Origin: Acidihalobacter yilgarnensis
GTDB taxonomy: Bacteria; Pseudomonadota; Gammaproteobacteria; DSM-5130; Acidihalobacteraceae
NCBI RefSeq assembly: GCF_001753245.1
Contig: NZ_CP017415.1
Location: 2,690,040-2,722,039 of the forward strand
Direction: 5' to 3'
DNA length: 32,000 nt
Made by a program: the position numbers and the translations under genes. A model generated the notes under the pieces. It searched no databases and was not told the DNA's origin. It saw only the letters and a list, made by a program, of their open reading frames with translations. This document shows, piece after piece, positions 17,061 through 24,430 of the stretch (positions are counted from its first letter, which is position 1; the number at the start of each line of letters is the position of its first letter).

Positions 17061-17822
17061 ATGCAGCACCTCCCCTGGTTCGCCGATCTCAGCCTCGTAC
17101 ACGTCGCTCTCCTGTTGGCGACCAGCTTTGCCGGTTCTCTGATGACCGCCTCGCTCGGCATCGGCGGCGGCGCCTTTCTCCTCGCCGTGATGGCGGGTCT
17201 GGTCCCGCCACTGGCACTGATCCCCGTTCACGGGCTGGTTCAGATGGGCTCCAACGCAGGCCGCGCCTGGATGACGCGCGAGCATGCCTCGCCGCGTATC
17301 GTCGGCCTGTTCACGTTGGGTGGCCTGCTCGCCGCGCCGCTGACCGTGCTGCTGCTCGGCCGGCTCGCGCCCAATTGGATACCGCTGTTCGTCGGACTCT
17401 TCCTCTTGGCGCTGACCTGGCTGCCAATGCCGCGCATCGCCCACGGTACACGTTCGCTACCATTGATCATCGGCGGATTCGTGACCACGTTGGCAACCGT
17501 CCTCGTCGGCGCCACCGGCCCACTGGTGTCAGCCTGGCTCGGACGTAATCAAGGCGACCGCTGGACCTACACCGCCAATTTTTCCAGCTGTATGACCCTG
17601 CAGCATGCGCTCAAGCTGACCGCTTTCGCGCTTGCCGGCTTTTCCTTCCTGCCCTGGCTGCCGTTGCTCGCGCTGATGATCGCCTGTGGCTATCTCGGCA
17701 CACTTACCGGTCTCAAGATGCTCGGCCGACTCCCGGATGCGCATTTCAAACCCTTGTTTCGACTGGTGATGACATTGCTCGCAGCACGCGCCATCTGGAC
17801 CTGGGCGTCGGGTCACCCCTGA
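17061..17822 (+). CDS. TauE/SafE (DUF81) family anion exporter-like membrane protein
   Basis: 253 aa with about 7-8 TM segments. Gly-rich helices (SLGIGGGAFLLAVMAGL) and the overall layout are typical of TauE/SafE proteins. Confidence 0.8.
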   Translation: MQHLPWFADLSLVHVALLLATSFAGSLMTASLGIGGGAFLLAVMAGLVPPLALIPVHGLVQMGSNAGRAWMTREHASPRIVGLFTLGGLLAAPLTVLLLGRLAPNWIPLFVGLFLLALTWLPMPRIAHGTRSLPLIIGGFVTTLATVLVGATGPLVSAWLGRNQGDRWTYTANFSSCMTLQHALKLTAFALAGFSFLPWLPLLALMIACGYLGTLTGLKMLGRLPDAHFKPLFRLVMTLLAARAIWTWASGHP

Positions 17823-17830
17823 CGGTCGGC

Positions 17831-17859
17831 TTGACAGGGCGCCGCGTCGCGAATATTTT
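17831..17859 (+). promoter_or_regulatory. Putative sigma70 promoter of the TetR gene
   Basis: TTGACA (17831..17836), a 17-nt spacer, then TATTTT (17854..17859). The operator palindrome starts at the 3' edge of the -10 element. Confidence 0.45.
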
Positions 17860-17874
17860 GTTGGTCAAACAACT
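17859..17874. promoter_or_regulatory. Palindromic operator copy 1 (putative TetR site)
   Basis: TGTTGGTCAAACAACT; the reverse complement is AGTTGTTTGACCAACA. It matches copy 2 at 14 of 16 positions. The half-sites AGTTGTT/ACCAAC(A/T) form an imperfect inverted repeat. Confidence 0.6.
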
Positions 17875-17880
17875 TAATTT

Positions 17881-18468
17881 ATGGGCGCCATGTCCCCACG
17901 CAATACACACAAGCGCGATCTCATCCTGGCCGAAGGCGAAGCACTGATCTACCGGCGGGGGTTCCGGCGCACCACGCTCGCCGACATCGCCCATGCCGCC
18001 AAGGTCGCGCTGGGCAATATCTATTACTACTTCAAGACCAAGGACGAGTTACTCGAGGCCATCAGCGCGCGCCGCACCGAGGCATTCACCGAGCGTTGCC
18101 GTGAGTGGGAAGCCCACTCGTCTGACCCACGCTTGCGACTGCTGGCATACCTCGATCTACCCGGTGAACGCATCGACGAACTGACCGCGCACGGCTGCCC
18201 GATCGGCGGCCTGGCTCAGGAATTCATCAAGGAAGACCGCGAGCGAGACGGACGCATCGGCCACATCGTGCTGGCGGCACAGATGGACTGGGTCCAAAAC
18301 CAGTTCCATGCACTCGGCCGCCGACGCGCGCATGAGGATGCTGCTCACCTGATCGGGGCGATCCAGGGCGCAATCCTGATGGCCGCCGCCCTGAACGACC
18401 CGGCCTTGCTAAAGATCGAACTGGCACGTCTGCACGATTGGCTGAAAACACTGCCATCCAACGACTGA
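17881..18468 (+). CDS. TetR/AcrR family transcriptional regulator
   Basis: 195 aa. The N-terminal HTH is RGFRRTTLADIAHAAKVALGNIYYYFKTKDELL. The ATG at 17890 is an alternative start. Confidence 0.9.
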   Translation: MGAMSPRNTHKRDLILAEGEALIYRRGFRRTTLADIAHAAKVALGNIYYYFKTKDELLEAISARRTEAFTERCREWEAHSSDPRLRLLAYLDLPGERIDELTAHGCPIGGLAQEFIKEDRERDGRIGHIVLAAQMDWVQNQFHALGRRRAHEDAAHLIGAIQGAILMAAALNDPALLKIELARLHDWLKTLPSND

Positions 18469-18510
18469 GCCGCCCGGCATCGTCTGCATCGTCGTCTGGG
18501 TCAGGACATA

Positions 18511-18526
18511 AGTTGTTTAACCAACT
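18511..18526. promoter_or_regulatory. Palindromic operator copy 2 (putative TetR site) in front of the prx-like fragment and dehalogenase
   Basis: AGTTGTTTAACCAACT is 16 bp, with AGTTGTT / ACCAACT arms matching at 6 of 7 positions. It lies 16 nt before the ATG at 18542, in the spacer of a weak promoter-like AGGACA-N17-TAATAG. Confidence 0.6.
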
Positions 18527-18541
18527 AATAGAGCGCATGGT

Positions 18542-18841
18542 ATGAAGCGTCATCTCGACCTGCCAGACCTCGACCACCAACTGACTGAGCTGTGTGAGGC
18601 CACGGGTACCATCACGCTCCGGAACCCCGCACCGCAGGCTGCCCAGTGCGAAGTGGATGCTCTCGACAGATCTGCACGCGCGACCGTCGTCGGCGACACC
18701 GCATCGGACTTCGCCCTACCCGATGCCAACGGCAGCCTCGTCACCCCCGCCGGACTGCGGCCCAAAGAATCTCTGGTACTGATCTTCTACTGGAGTAACT
18801 GGTTGCCCTGTTGCGACCTGGAACTGCGCACGCAGGTTTAA
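18542..18841 (+). pseudogene. Truncated, decayed peroxiredoxin-like (AhpC/TSA, PRX_like2-type) gene fragment
   Basis: The 99-aa ORF matches only the N-terminal half of the family: VGDTASDFALPDANGSLVTPAGL...LVLIFYWSNWLPCCDLELR, against the typical FYRGxWCPYCNxxLR. The active-site motif is degenerate. A stop follows immediately after it, and the dehalogenase RBS begins 21 nt later. Confidence 0.65.
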
Positions 18842-18873
18842 GCCCGCCATCACGAGACGTTAAGGAGTTACCG

Positions 18874-19569
18874 ATGTCCATCACGACCGAGAGAAGCATA
18901 GAAGCTTGCCTATTCGACGCTTACGGCACGTTGTTCGACGTTCACGCGGCCACCGCAACGGTCGCCCAGCGCATCGGCACACGCTGGCAGGCTTTTTCCG
19001 CGCACTGGCGCGAACGCCAGCTACAATACAGCTGGATACGCGGCCTGACCGGGCGTCATGCGGACTTCTGGCAGGTCACGTGCGACGCCCTTGATCATGC
19101 GCTGGAGGCCTACGATCTCGATCCCGCCCTACACCGTGAACCGCTGCTGATGGCCTATCGGCGACTCGGCGCCTACCCCGATGTGTTGCCCGCCATCGAC
19201 CGCCTACGTGCCATGGGGTTGCGCTGCGGGATTCTCTCCAATGGCTCGCCCGACATGCTCGCGGATGCGGTGGGTGCGGCAGGCCTGGCAGATCACCTCG
19301 ACCCGGTGCTGTCGGTGGAATCGGTCGGCCGCTACAAGCCCGCGCCGGAGGTCTATGCGATGGCCGCCGAGCGGCTGGATCTGGCGCCGGCCCACGTGCT
19401 GTTCGTCTCCAGCAACGGCTGGGATGCCTTCTCGGCCAAGGCCTATGGCTTTCGGGTCGCCTGGTGCAACCGCGCCGGGCTGCCCGCCGAGCGCCTGCCT
19501 GATCCGCCAGATGCAATCGTCGCGTCGCTGGATGAGCTGCCCGCGCTGGCCGAATCGTTGACCGGTTGA
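18874..19569 (+). CDS. Haloacid dehalogenase, type II (L-2-haloacid dehalogenase family)
   Basis: ORF trimmed to the ATG at 18874, with RBS AAGGAG 6 nt upstream. Motif I is FDAYGTLFDV. GILSNGSPDML, GRYKP and FVSSNGWDAFSAKAYGF are typical of HAD-II enzymes. Confidence 0.88.
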   Translation: MSITTERSIEACLFDAYGTLFDVHAATATVAQRIGTRWQAFSAHWRERQLQYSWIRGLTGRHADFWQVTCDALDHALEAYDLDPALHREPLLMAYRRLGAYPDVLPAIDRLRAMGLRCGILSNGSPDMLADAVGAAGLADHLDPVLSVESVGRYKPAPEVYAMAAERLDLAPAHVLFVSSNGWDAFSAKAYGFRVAWCNRAGLPAERLPDPPDAIVASLDELPALAESLTG

Positions 19570-19573
19570 GTGC

Positions 19574-20062
19574 CTAAGCGTGTCTCAGCCTCAAGCCCAG
19601 GATTGCCAGGCTGCGGCGAACGCCGTCCATTTCCGCGACTTCGGGCAGCAGCCCCCAGCGGGCGAAGCCCTGGCGCTCGAACAACGCGAGGCTGGCGGCG
19701 TTGTGCGCGAACACGAAGGCGAGCAGGGTATCGAGACCGAGAGTCGGCGCCGTTGATACCGCCTCGGCGAGTAGGCTGCGGCCGTGACCACGCCCCTGGT
19801 AGGCAGGATCGAGATAGAGGCCGATTTCGGCTGTACAGCGGTAGGCAGGACGACCGTAGAAGTCGCGGAAACTGAGCCAGCCGACGATTCGGCCTTCCAC
19901 CTCAAGCACCCACAGGGGTCGCCTGGGGCCATGCGCCGCGAACCAAGCCTCGCGGCTCGCCACGCTGACCGGCTCGGTGTCCGCCGTGGCCATCCGGCCG
20001 GGAATCGAGTCATTGTAGATTTCGACGATCCGTGGCAGGTCGCGACGAGTGGCGGTTCTCAT
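19574..20062 (-). CDS. GNAT N-acetyltransferase of the phosphinothricin-acetyltransferase (PAT/MddA/ArsN1) type
   Basis: ORF trimmed to the ATG at 20062 (MRTATRRDLPRIVEIYNDSI...). FRDFYGRPAYRCTAEIGLYLDPAYQGRGHGRSLL and FAHNAASLALFERQGFARWG are PAT-family hallmarks. Confidence 0.85.
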   Translation of the reverse strand: MRTATRRDLPRIVEIYNDSIPGRMATADTEPVSVASREAWFAAHGPRRPLWVLEVEGRIVGWLSFRDFYGRPAYRCTAEIGLYLDPAYQGRGHGRSLLAEAVSTAPTLGLDTLLAFVFAHNAASLALFERQGFARWGLLPEVAEMDGVRRSLAILGLRLRHA

Positions 20063-20129
20063 GGGTAATCTCGCTAATAATGCCATCGGCTGAGGGGCAA
20101 TCGCCGGAGCATAGCAAAGCCGCGTAGGA

Positions 20130-20136
20130 CTCAAAC
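20130..20136. repeat. Target-site duplication, left copy (CTCAAAC)
   Basis: CTCAAAC directly abuts the IS end TGCG... An identical 7-mer directly follows the other IS end at 22755..22761. Confidence 0.8.
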
Positions 20137-20151
20137 TGCGTATTTCGCGTG

Positions 20152-20205
20152 ATTCGGCCACCTGTTTCGCATTTATTCGGCCACCTGTTTCACGGTGATT
20201 CGGCC
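20152..20205. repeat. IS21 istB-proximal sub-terminal repeats (2 full copies and 1 partial, 23-bp period)
   Basis: ATTCGGCCACCTGTTTC occurs at 20152 and 20175, and a partial ATTCGGCC at 20198. These are presumed IstA binding sites. Confidence 0.85.
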
Positions 20206-20242
20206 GGGGCAGTCGGAGCGAAGCGACGCAGGGTTTGCATTG

Positions 20243-21001
20243 TTACTCGGAGTCGGTGGAGACGGTCAAGTTCCTGGCTCGCCGTTTGCGCATTGATTCG
20301 CCCTTGAGGGTGATTCGATAGCCGTTGTGCACGAGGCGGTCGAGGATGGCATCGGCTAGGGTGGGATCGCCGATGATCTCGTGCCAGTGCTCGACCGGTA
20401 ACTGGCTGGTCACGAGCGTGGCGCGCTGGCCGTGGCGGTCGTCGAGCAGTTCCAGCAGATCACGCCGTGCGGTGGCGTCCAGCGGGCCGAGGCCCCAGTC
20501 GTCGAGCACGATCAAGTCGGTTTTGGCGAGGCTGGCCATGAGCTTGGGGAAGCGCCCATCGGCGTGGGCGAGTTGCAGATCCTCGAACAGCCTGGGGGCC
20601 CGCAGGTAGCGAGTGGTAAAACCCTGCCGACAGGCCTGCTGGGCGAGTGCACAGGCGATCCAGGTCTTGCCCACGCCGGTGGGACCCAGGAGCAGCAGAT
20701 TGAGACCCTCACGGATCCATTGGCCGGTGGCCAGTTGGGTGATCAGGCCTTTGTCGAGGCCACGCCGGGTGCGGTAGTCGATGTCCTCCAGGCAGGCGTT
20801 TTGTTTGAGCTTGGCCTGGCGCAACCGCGTCTGTAGACGGCGATCCTCACGCTCGGTCAGTTCGCGGTCGGCGAGTAGGCCGAGGCGTTCCTCGAAGCTC
20901 AGGTCTTCGATCTCGGGCAAGGCGAGTTGGTCACGCAGCGCCTTGTGCATGCCGGTCAGGCGCAGTTGCTGGAGCTTGTCCAGGGTGGGATGGTGCAACA
21001 T
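20243..21001 (-). CDS. istB: IS21-family helper ATPase IstB
   Basis: ORF 20243..21220 trimmed to the ATG at 21001 (MLHHPTLDKLQQLRLTGMHKAL...). Walker A is GPTGVGKTW and Walker B is LIVLDDWG. The ~252-aa size is typical of IstB. Confidence 0.93.
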   Translation of the reverse strand: MLHHPTLDKLQQLRLTGMHKALRDQLALPEIEDLSFEERLGLLADRELTEREDRRLQTRLRQAKLKQNACLEDIDYRTRRGLDKGLITQLATGQWIREGLNLLLLGPTGVGKTWIACALAQQACRQGFTTRYLRAPRLFEDLQLAHADGRFPKLMASLAKTDLIVLDDWGLGPLDATARRDLLELLDDRHGQRATLVTSQLPVEHWHEIIGDPTLADAILDRLVHNGYRITLKGESMRKRRARNLTVSTDSE

Positions 21002-21032
21002 GGTGTGTGTCCCTTGTTGGATGGGTGAAGGA

Positions 21033-22565
21033 TCAGTGGTAGTAGCCGGGGCCACGCAGATGGTCGTGCGCCTCGGGTAAGGACAGTGCCTGTTGTTCGG
21101 GCAGAGGCTGGCGATCGAGACCGCGCTTGAGGATCGATTCGAGGCTCTTGTAGCGACAGGCGCCGAGCAGCAGGGCGCGTTGGCAGGCGGCTTCGAGGCG
21201 ATCCTGACCGAAGCGTTCACCCAGGCGCATGATCCCTAAGCAAGAGCGGAAGCCTTGCTGGGGATGCGGCCGGGACAGGACCTGGCTGATCACCCCGGCG
21301 GTGGCCGGACCGCTTTTCTCGGCCCAGCGCACCAGTCGCTGCGGCGTCCATTCGGCATACTCACGGTGGGCCTTGGGCATGTGCGCGGTGATCGTGGTGT
21401 GACGGCCCTTGGCCGGGGAGCGTACATGGCTGGCGACGCGCTGGCCCTTGTGGAAGCACTCCAGGGTATGGGCGGTCAGCCGGGCATCGAGCTGTTGCCT
21501 GACCAGGGCGTACGGCACTGAGTAGTAATGGCCGTCGACCTCGACGTGGTAGTCGATGTGTACCCGGACCTTTTTCCAGGTGGCGAACACATAGGGCGTG
21601 GCGGGCAACACCCGCAGGGCGGGCTGATCGATCTGTTCGAAGGCCTCACGGCGTGTGCCGGGCAGCTTCTTGAACGGGCGGTTGTTGAGCCGCTCCAGCA
21701 GGGTCGCGATCGCGGCATTGAGTTCCTTCAACGTGAAGAAGGTGCGATGACGCAAGGCGGCGAGGATCCAGCGCTCGACCACCAGCACGGCGTTCTCGAC
21801 CTTGGCCTTGTCGCGCGGCTTGCGCACGCGTGCGGGGACGACCGCCACGCCATAGTGCTCGGCCAGTTCCGCATAGCTGGGGTTGAGGTCCGGCTCATAA
21901 CGGCACGCCTTGCTGACGCCGCTACGCAGGTTATCCGGGACGACGACCTCGCTCACCCCGCCGAGGAACTCAAAGGCCCGCACATGCGCACCGATCCAGT
22001 CGGGTAGCGTCTGTGTCCAGGTCGCCTCGGCGTAGGTGTAGTTGGAGGCCCCGAGCACCGCGATGAAGACCTGCGCGGTACGCACCTCACCGGTGTGTTG
22101 GTCGATGATCTCGACCGTCTGGCCGGCATAGTCGACGAACAGCTTCTCGCCGGCACGATGGGTCTGGCGCATCACCCGATCGAGCTTGCCGGCCCAACGG
22201 CGGTAGTGGGTACAGAACCACGTATAGGCGAAGCCGTCGCGGTAAGCCGCCCGGTACTCTTCCCACAGCAGCATCAGAGTGACGCCGGGACGGCGCAGTT
22301 CCTGATGCACCACCGGCCAGTCCGGTAGTGGGCGCGTAGCGGCCGGTACCGCCGACGCGGGCGGGAACAGACGACGCTCGATCTCGGTATCGCTCAAGCC
22401 CGCCGGCAGCGGCCAGTTCAAACCCGAGACAGCAAAGCGTCGCTCGTACTCGGCCACGCTGCTGCGGGCGATGCGCACGCTCTCGGCGACCTGGCGGGCG
22501 GGCAACTGCGCTTCGAACCGCAGTCGTAAAACTTCTCGAATCTTGCGCATGGACAATCGCTCCAT
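21033..22565 (-). CDS. istA: IS21-family transposase IstA
   Basis: 510 aa with an N-terminal HTH (MRKIREVLRLRFEAQLPARQVAESVRIARSSV). The DDE integrase core includes FVDYAG...AVLGASNYTYAEA and ...PDNLRSGV... Confidence 0.93.
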   Translation of the reverse strand: MERLSMRKIREVLRLRFEAQLPARQVAESVRIARSSVAEYERRFAVSGLNWPLPAGLSDTEIERRLFPPASAVPAATRPLPDWPVVHQELRRPGVTLMLLWEEYRAAYRDGFAYTWFCTHYRRWAGKLDRVMRQTHRAGEKLFVDYAGQTVEIIDQHTGEVRTAQVFIAVLGASNYTYAEATWTQTLPDWIGAHVRAFEFLGGVSEVVVPDNLRSGVSKACRYEPDLNPSYAELAEHYGVAVVPARVRKPRDKAKVENAVLVVERWILAALRHRTFFTLKELNAAIATLLERLNNRPFKKLPGTRREAFEQIDQPALRVLPATPYVFATWKKVRVHIDYHVEVDGHYYSVPYALVRQQLDARLTAHTLECFHKGQRVASHVRSPAKGRHTTITAHMPKAHREYAEWTPQRLVRWAEKSGPATAGVISQVLSRPHPQQGFRSCLGIMRLGERFGQDRLEAACQRALLLGACRYKSLESILKRGLDRQPLPEQQALSLPEAHDHLRGPGYYH

Positions 22566-22628
22566 CTCGACCCCTTCGCTCCGTTAAAAGGGTCGATCCT
22601 AGTGGATGATGTCCTGCGTCACCCCCTG

Positions 22629-22742
22629 CCCACGGGGTGGCCGAATGGCCGTGAAACGGGTGGCCGAATGGCCGTGAAACGGGTGGCCGAATGCGCGTGA
22701 AATGGGTGGCCGAATCAGCGTGAAATCAGTGGCCGAATGACC
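22629..22742. repeat. IS21 istA-proximal sub-terminal repeats (4 full copies and 1 partial, 23-bp tandem period)
   Basis: GTGAAA(C/T)(G/C)(G/A)GTGGCCGAATG-like units are present, with GGCCGAAT cores at 22639, 22662, 22685, 22708 and 22731. They are the inverse complement of the left-end repeats. Confidence 0.85.
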
Positions 22743-22754
22743 GCGAAATACGCA

Positions 22755-22761
22755 CTCAAAC
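22755..22761. repeat. Target-site duplication, right copy (CTCAAAC)
   Basis: Identical to 20130..20136 and directly flanking the IS end ...CGCA. Confidence 0.8.
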
Positions 22762-22826
22762 AGCGTCCCGGCCTCCAATAACCCCTCAATCACCATCTTG
22801 AACCGCCCCCCGCCAGGGGCCGTATC

Positions 22827-23852
22827 ATGGCGGACGCCCCGTTCCGGATGTCGCCTGTGAAACCCGATCTTTCCGTACTCGATCTCGCCCCGGTTCCCAC
22901 CGGAACGCTGGCCTCCGCGACCCTGCGCCGCAGCGTCGCGCTGGCACGCCACGCCGAACGTCTCGGCTATGTGCGCCACTGGTTCGCGGAACACCACGGC
23001 ATGCCCAGTGTGGCCAGCTCGGCGCCGGAGATCCTGATCGCGCACGTCGCCTCTGCCACCGACCGCATCCGCGTCGGCTCCGGCGGCATCATGCTGCCCA
23101 ACCACGTCCCGCTGAAGGTGGCCGAGGCCTTCCACACCTTGCACGCGCTCCACCCCGGCCGGATCGATCTTGGCATCGGCCGCGCGCCGGGCTCCGACCC
23201 CAAGGTCACCCGGACCCTGCGCGCCTTCGACGGCGGGCAATTCCCGGCCCTGCTCGCCGAACTGCTGACGCTATCCCGCGGCGACGCGCAGCCAGGACAT
23301 CCGTTGCACGGCATCCGCGTGATGCCGGACGATGTGCCCTTACCGCCGATCTGGTTGCTCGGCTCCAGCGGCGCAAGCGCGGCAATGGCTGGCGAGGCCG
23401 GCTGGGGCTACAGCTTCGCCAGTCACTTCAGCCACACGCCTGCAGCACCGGCGCTACGCGCCTATCGCGATCACTTTCAGCCCTCGGCAGACTTCCCCAG
23501 ACCGCATGCCATTCTCTGCGTGGCCGCCGTCTGCGCCGAAACGAGCGAACGTGCCGATTTCCTCGCTGGCACCCTGGATCTGATGTGGCTGCGACTGCAC
23601 CGCGGCGAGTTCCGCCCCCTACCGAGTCCAGAGGAGGCGCAGGCCTACGCCTACACCGAGGCTGAACGCTCACAGGTGGCGCATTACCGCGAACTGACCG
23701 TGGTCGGTACGCCCGAGACGGTATGCCGCGAGATCCTGCGACGCGCCGAAGACGCGCAGGCCGACGAGATCATGCTGACCTGCAACCTGCACGATCATGA
23801 CGCCCGCCTGCACAGCTACACCCTCATTGCCGAGGGCTGCGCGTGCGCATGA
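22827..23852 (+). CDS. LLM-class (luciferase-like) flavin-dependent oxidoreductase, YhbW/MsnO8-like group
   Basis: 341 aa. LSVLDLAPV..., LGYVRHWFAEHHGMPSVASSAPEILIAHVASATDRIRVGSGGIMLPNHVPLKVAEAF is the family pattern. The ATG at 22848 is an alternative start. Confidence 0.88.
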   Translation: MADAPFRMSPVKPDLSVLDLAPVPTGTLASATLRRSVALARHAERLGYVRHWFAEHHGMPSVASSAPEILIAHVASATDRIRVGSGGIMLPNHVPLKVAEAFHTLHALHPGRIDLGIGRAPGSDPKVTRTLRAFDGGQFPALLAELLTLSRGDAQPGHPLHGIRVMPDDVPLPPIWLLGSSGASAAMAGEAGWGYSFASHFSHTPAAPALRAYRDHFQPSADFPRPHAILCVAAVCAETSERADFLAGTLDLMWLRLHRGEFRPLPSPEEAQAYAYTEAERSQVAHYRELTVVGTPETVCREILRRAEDAQADEIMLTCNLHDHDARLHSYTLIAEGCACA

Positions 23853-23881
23853 ACGCACGCGGCCTCAGCCTCGGCACAATT

Positions 23882-24334
23882 TCAAACCGTTCGCGCCGCC
23901 TTGCGTCGAGCGTGCCCTTCCTGCGCGGCCACCCACAACCGGATGCGCTCGCGCATCTCGTCGCGCACGCGCCGAAAACGATCGAGTGGCGCCTGTCCTT
24001 CGACTACCTCGGCCGGGTCATCGAAGCGCCAGTGTATGCGCTCGCTGTCGCCGGGGAAGGTCGGACACCGATCGCGCGCGCGATCGCAGACCGTGATGAT
24101 GTAGTCGAAGTCTGCACCCTCGTACCGGCTCAGCGATTTGCTGGCATGCCCCGTCAGATTCAGCCCCGACTCGCCCATCACCGCATAGGTCAAGGGATGG
24201 ATTTCATGCGGGTCGGTGCCTGCGCTGAATACCTCGAAATGCCCACCGCCTAGATGACGCAAAAAAGCCTCGGCCATCTGCGAACGGCACGCATTGCCGC
24301 TGCATAGGAACAACACACGTAGTGGATCGCTCAT
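23882..24334 (-). CDS. arsC: Arsenate reductase, LMW-PTP/thioredoxin-coupled type
   Basis: ORF trimmed to the ATG at 24334, with RBS GGAGGAG directly upstream. The P-loop is LFLCSGNACRSQMAE. The downstream Cys pair ITVCDRARDRCP is arranged as in Trx-dependent ArsC. Confidence 0.85.
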   Translation of the reverse strand: MSDPLRVLFLCSGNACRSQMAEAFLRHLGGGHFEVFSAGTDPHEIHPLTYAVMGESGLNLTGHASKSLSRYEGADFDYIITVCDRARDRCPTFPGDSERIHWRFDDPAEVVEGQAPLDRFRRVRDEMRERIRLWVAAQEGHARRKAARTV

Positions 24335-24351
24335 CTCTCCTCCTGGAAGGC

Positions 24352-24400
24352 TTGCACGCAATATGCGCGTAGTAGTATATATGCCTTATCGGATATATAT
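24352..24400. promoter_or_regulatory. AT-rich divergent promoter/operator region between arsC and arsI
   Basis: TTGCAC-N18-TATATA faces arsI. An imperfect inverted repeat, ATATATGCC (24377..24385) / GGATATAT (24391..24398), overlaps the -10 element. This is a local AT island in a GC-rich genome. Confidence 0.35.
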
Positions 24401-24430
24401 AGCCCCGCCGACCAAAGCCAGGAGTTCAAT

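Larger units (their letters stand above)
20137..22754 (-). mobile_element. Intact IS21-family insertion sequence (about 2.6 kb, istA-istB)
   Basis: The ends are TGCGTATTTCGCG...ATTCGGCCAC (left) and its inverted copy GTGGCCGAAT...CGCGAAATACGCA (right). The first 13 nt are identical, and the element starts TG and ends CA. It carries 23-bp sub-terminal multi-repeats, full-length istA and istB, and 7-bp direct repeats on both flanks. Confidence 0.93.

Noticed and set aside
16048-17444. Three minus-strand ORFs (258, 211 and 212 aa) spanning the lgt end, GAF, cupin and TauE genes
   Set aside because: They are Arg-rich low-complexity translations. The plus strand is fully occupied by recognisable genes with coupled starts.
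21002-21220. Upstream extension of the istB ORF, overlapping the istA 3' end
   Set aside because: The IstB family begins at MLHHPTLDKL..., and the extension is low-complexity. IS21 elements normally have separate or slightly overlapping istA and istB, not a 190-nt overlap.
22629-22742. Regularly spaced 23-bp repeats, considered as a possible mini-CRISPR array
   Set aside because: There are no unique spacers, because the units are directly tandem. They are the inverse complement of repeats at the other IS end, and they lie inside the IS21 terminal region. They are transposase-binding multi-repeats.
22599-23240. 213-aa minus-strand ORF spanning the IS21 end and the LLM gene start
   Set aside because: It crosses the IS terminus and the target duplication and is antisense to the LLM oxidoreductase. 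It is an artefact.
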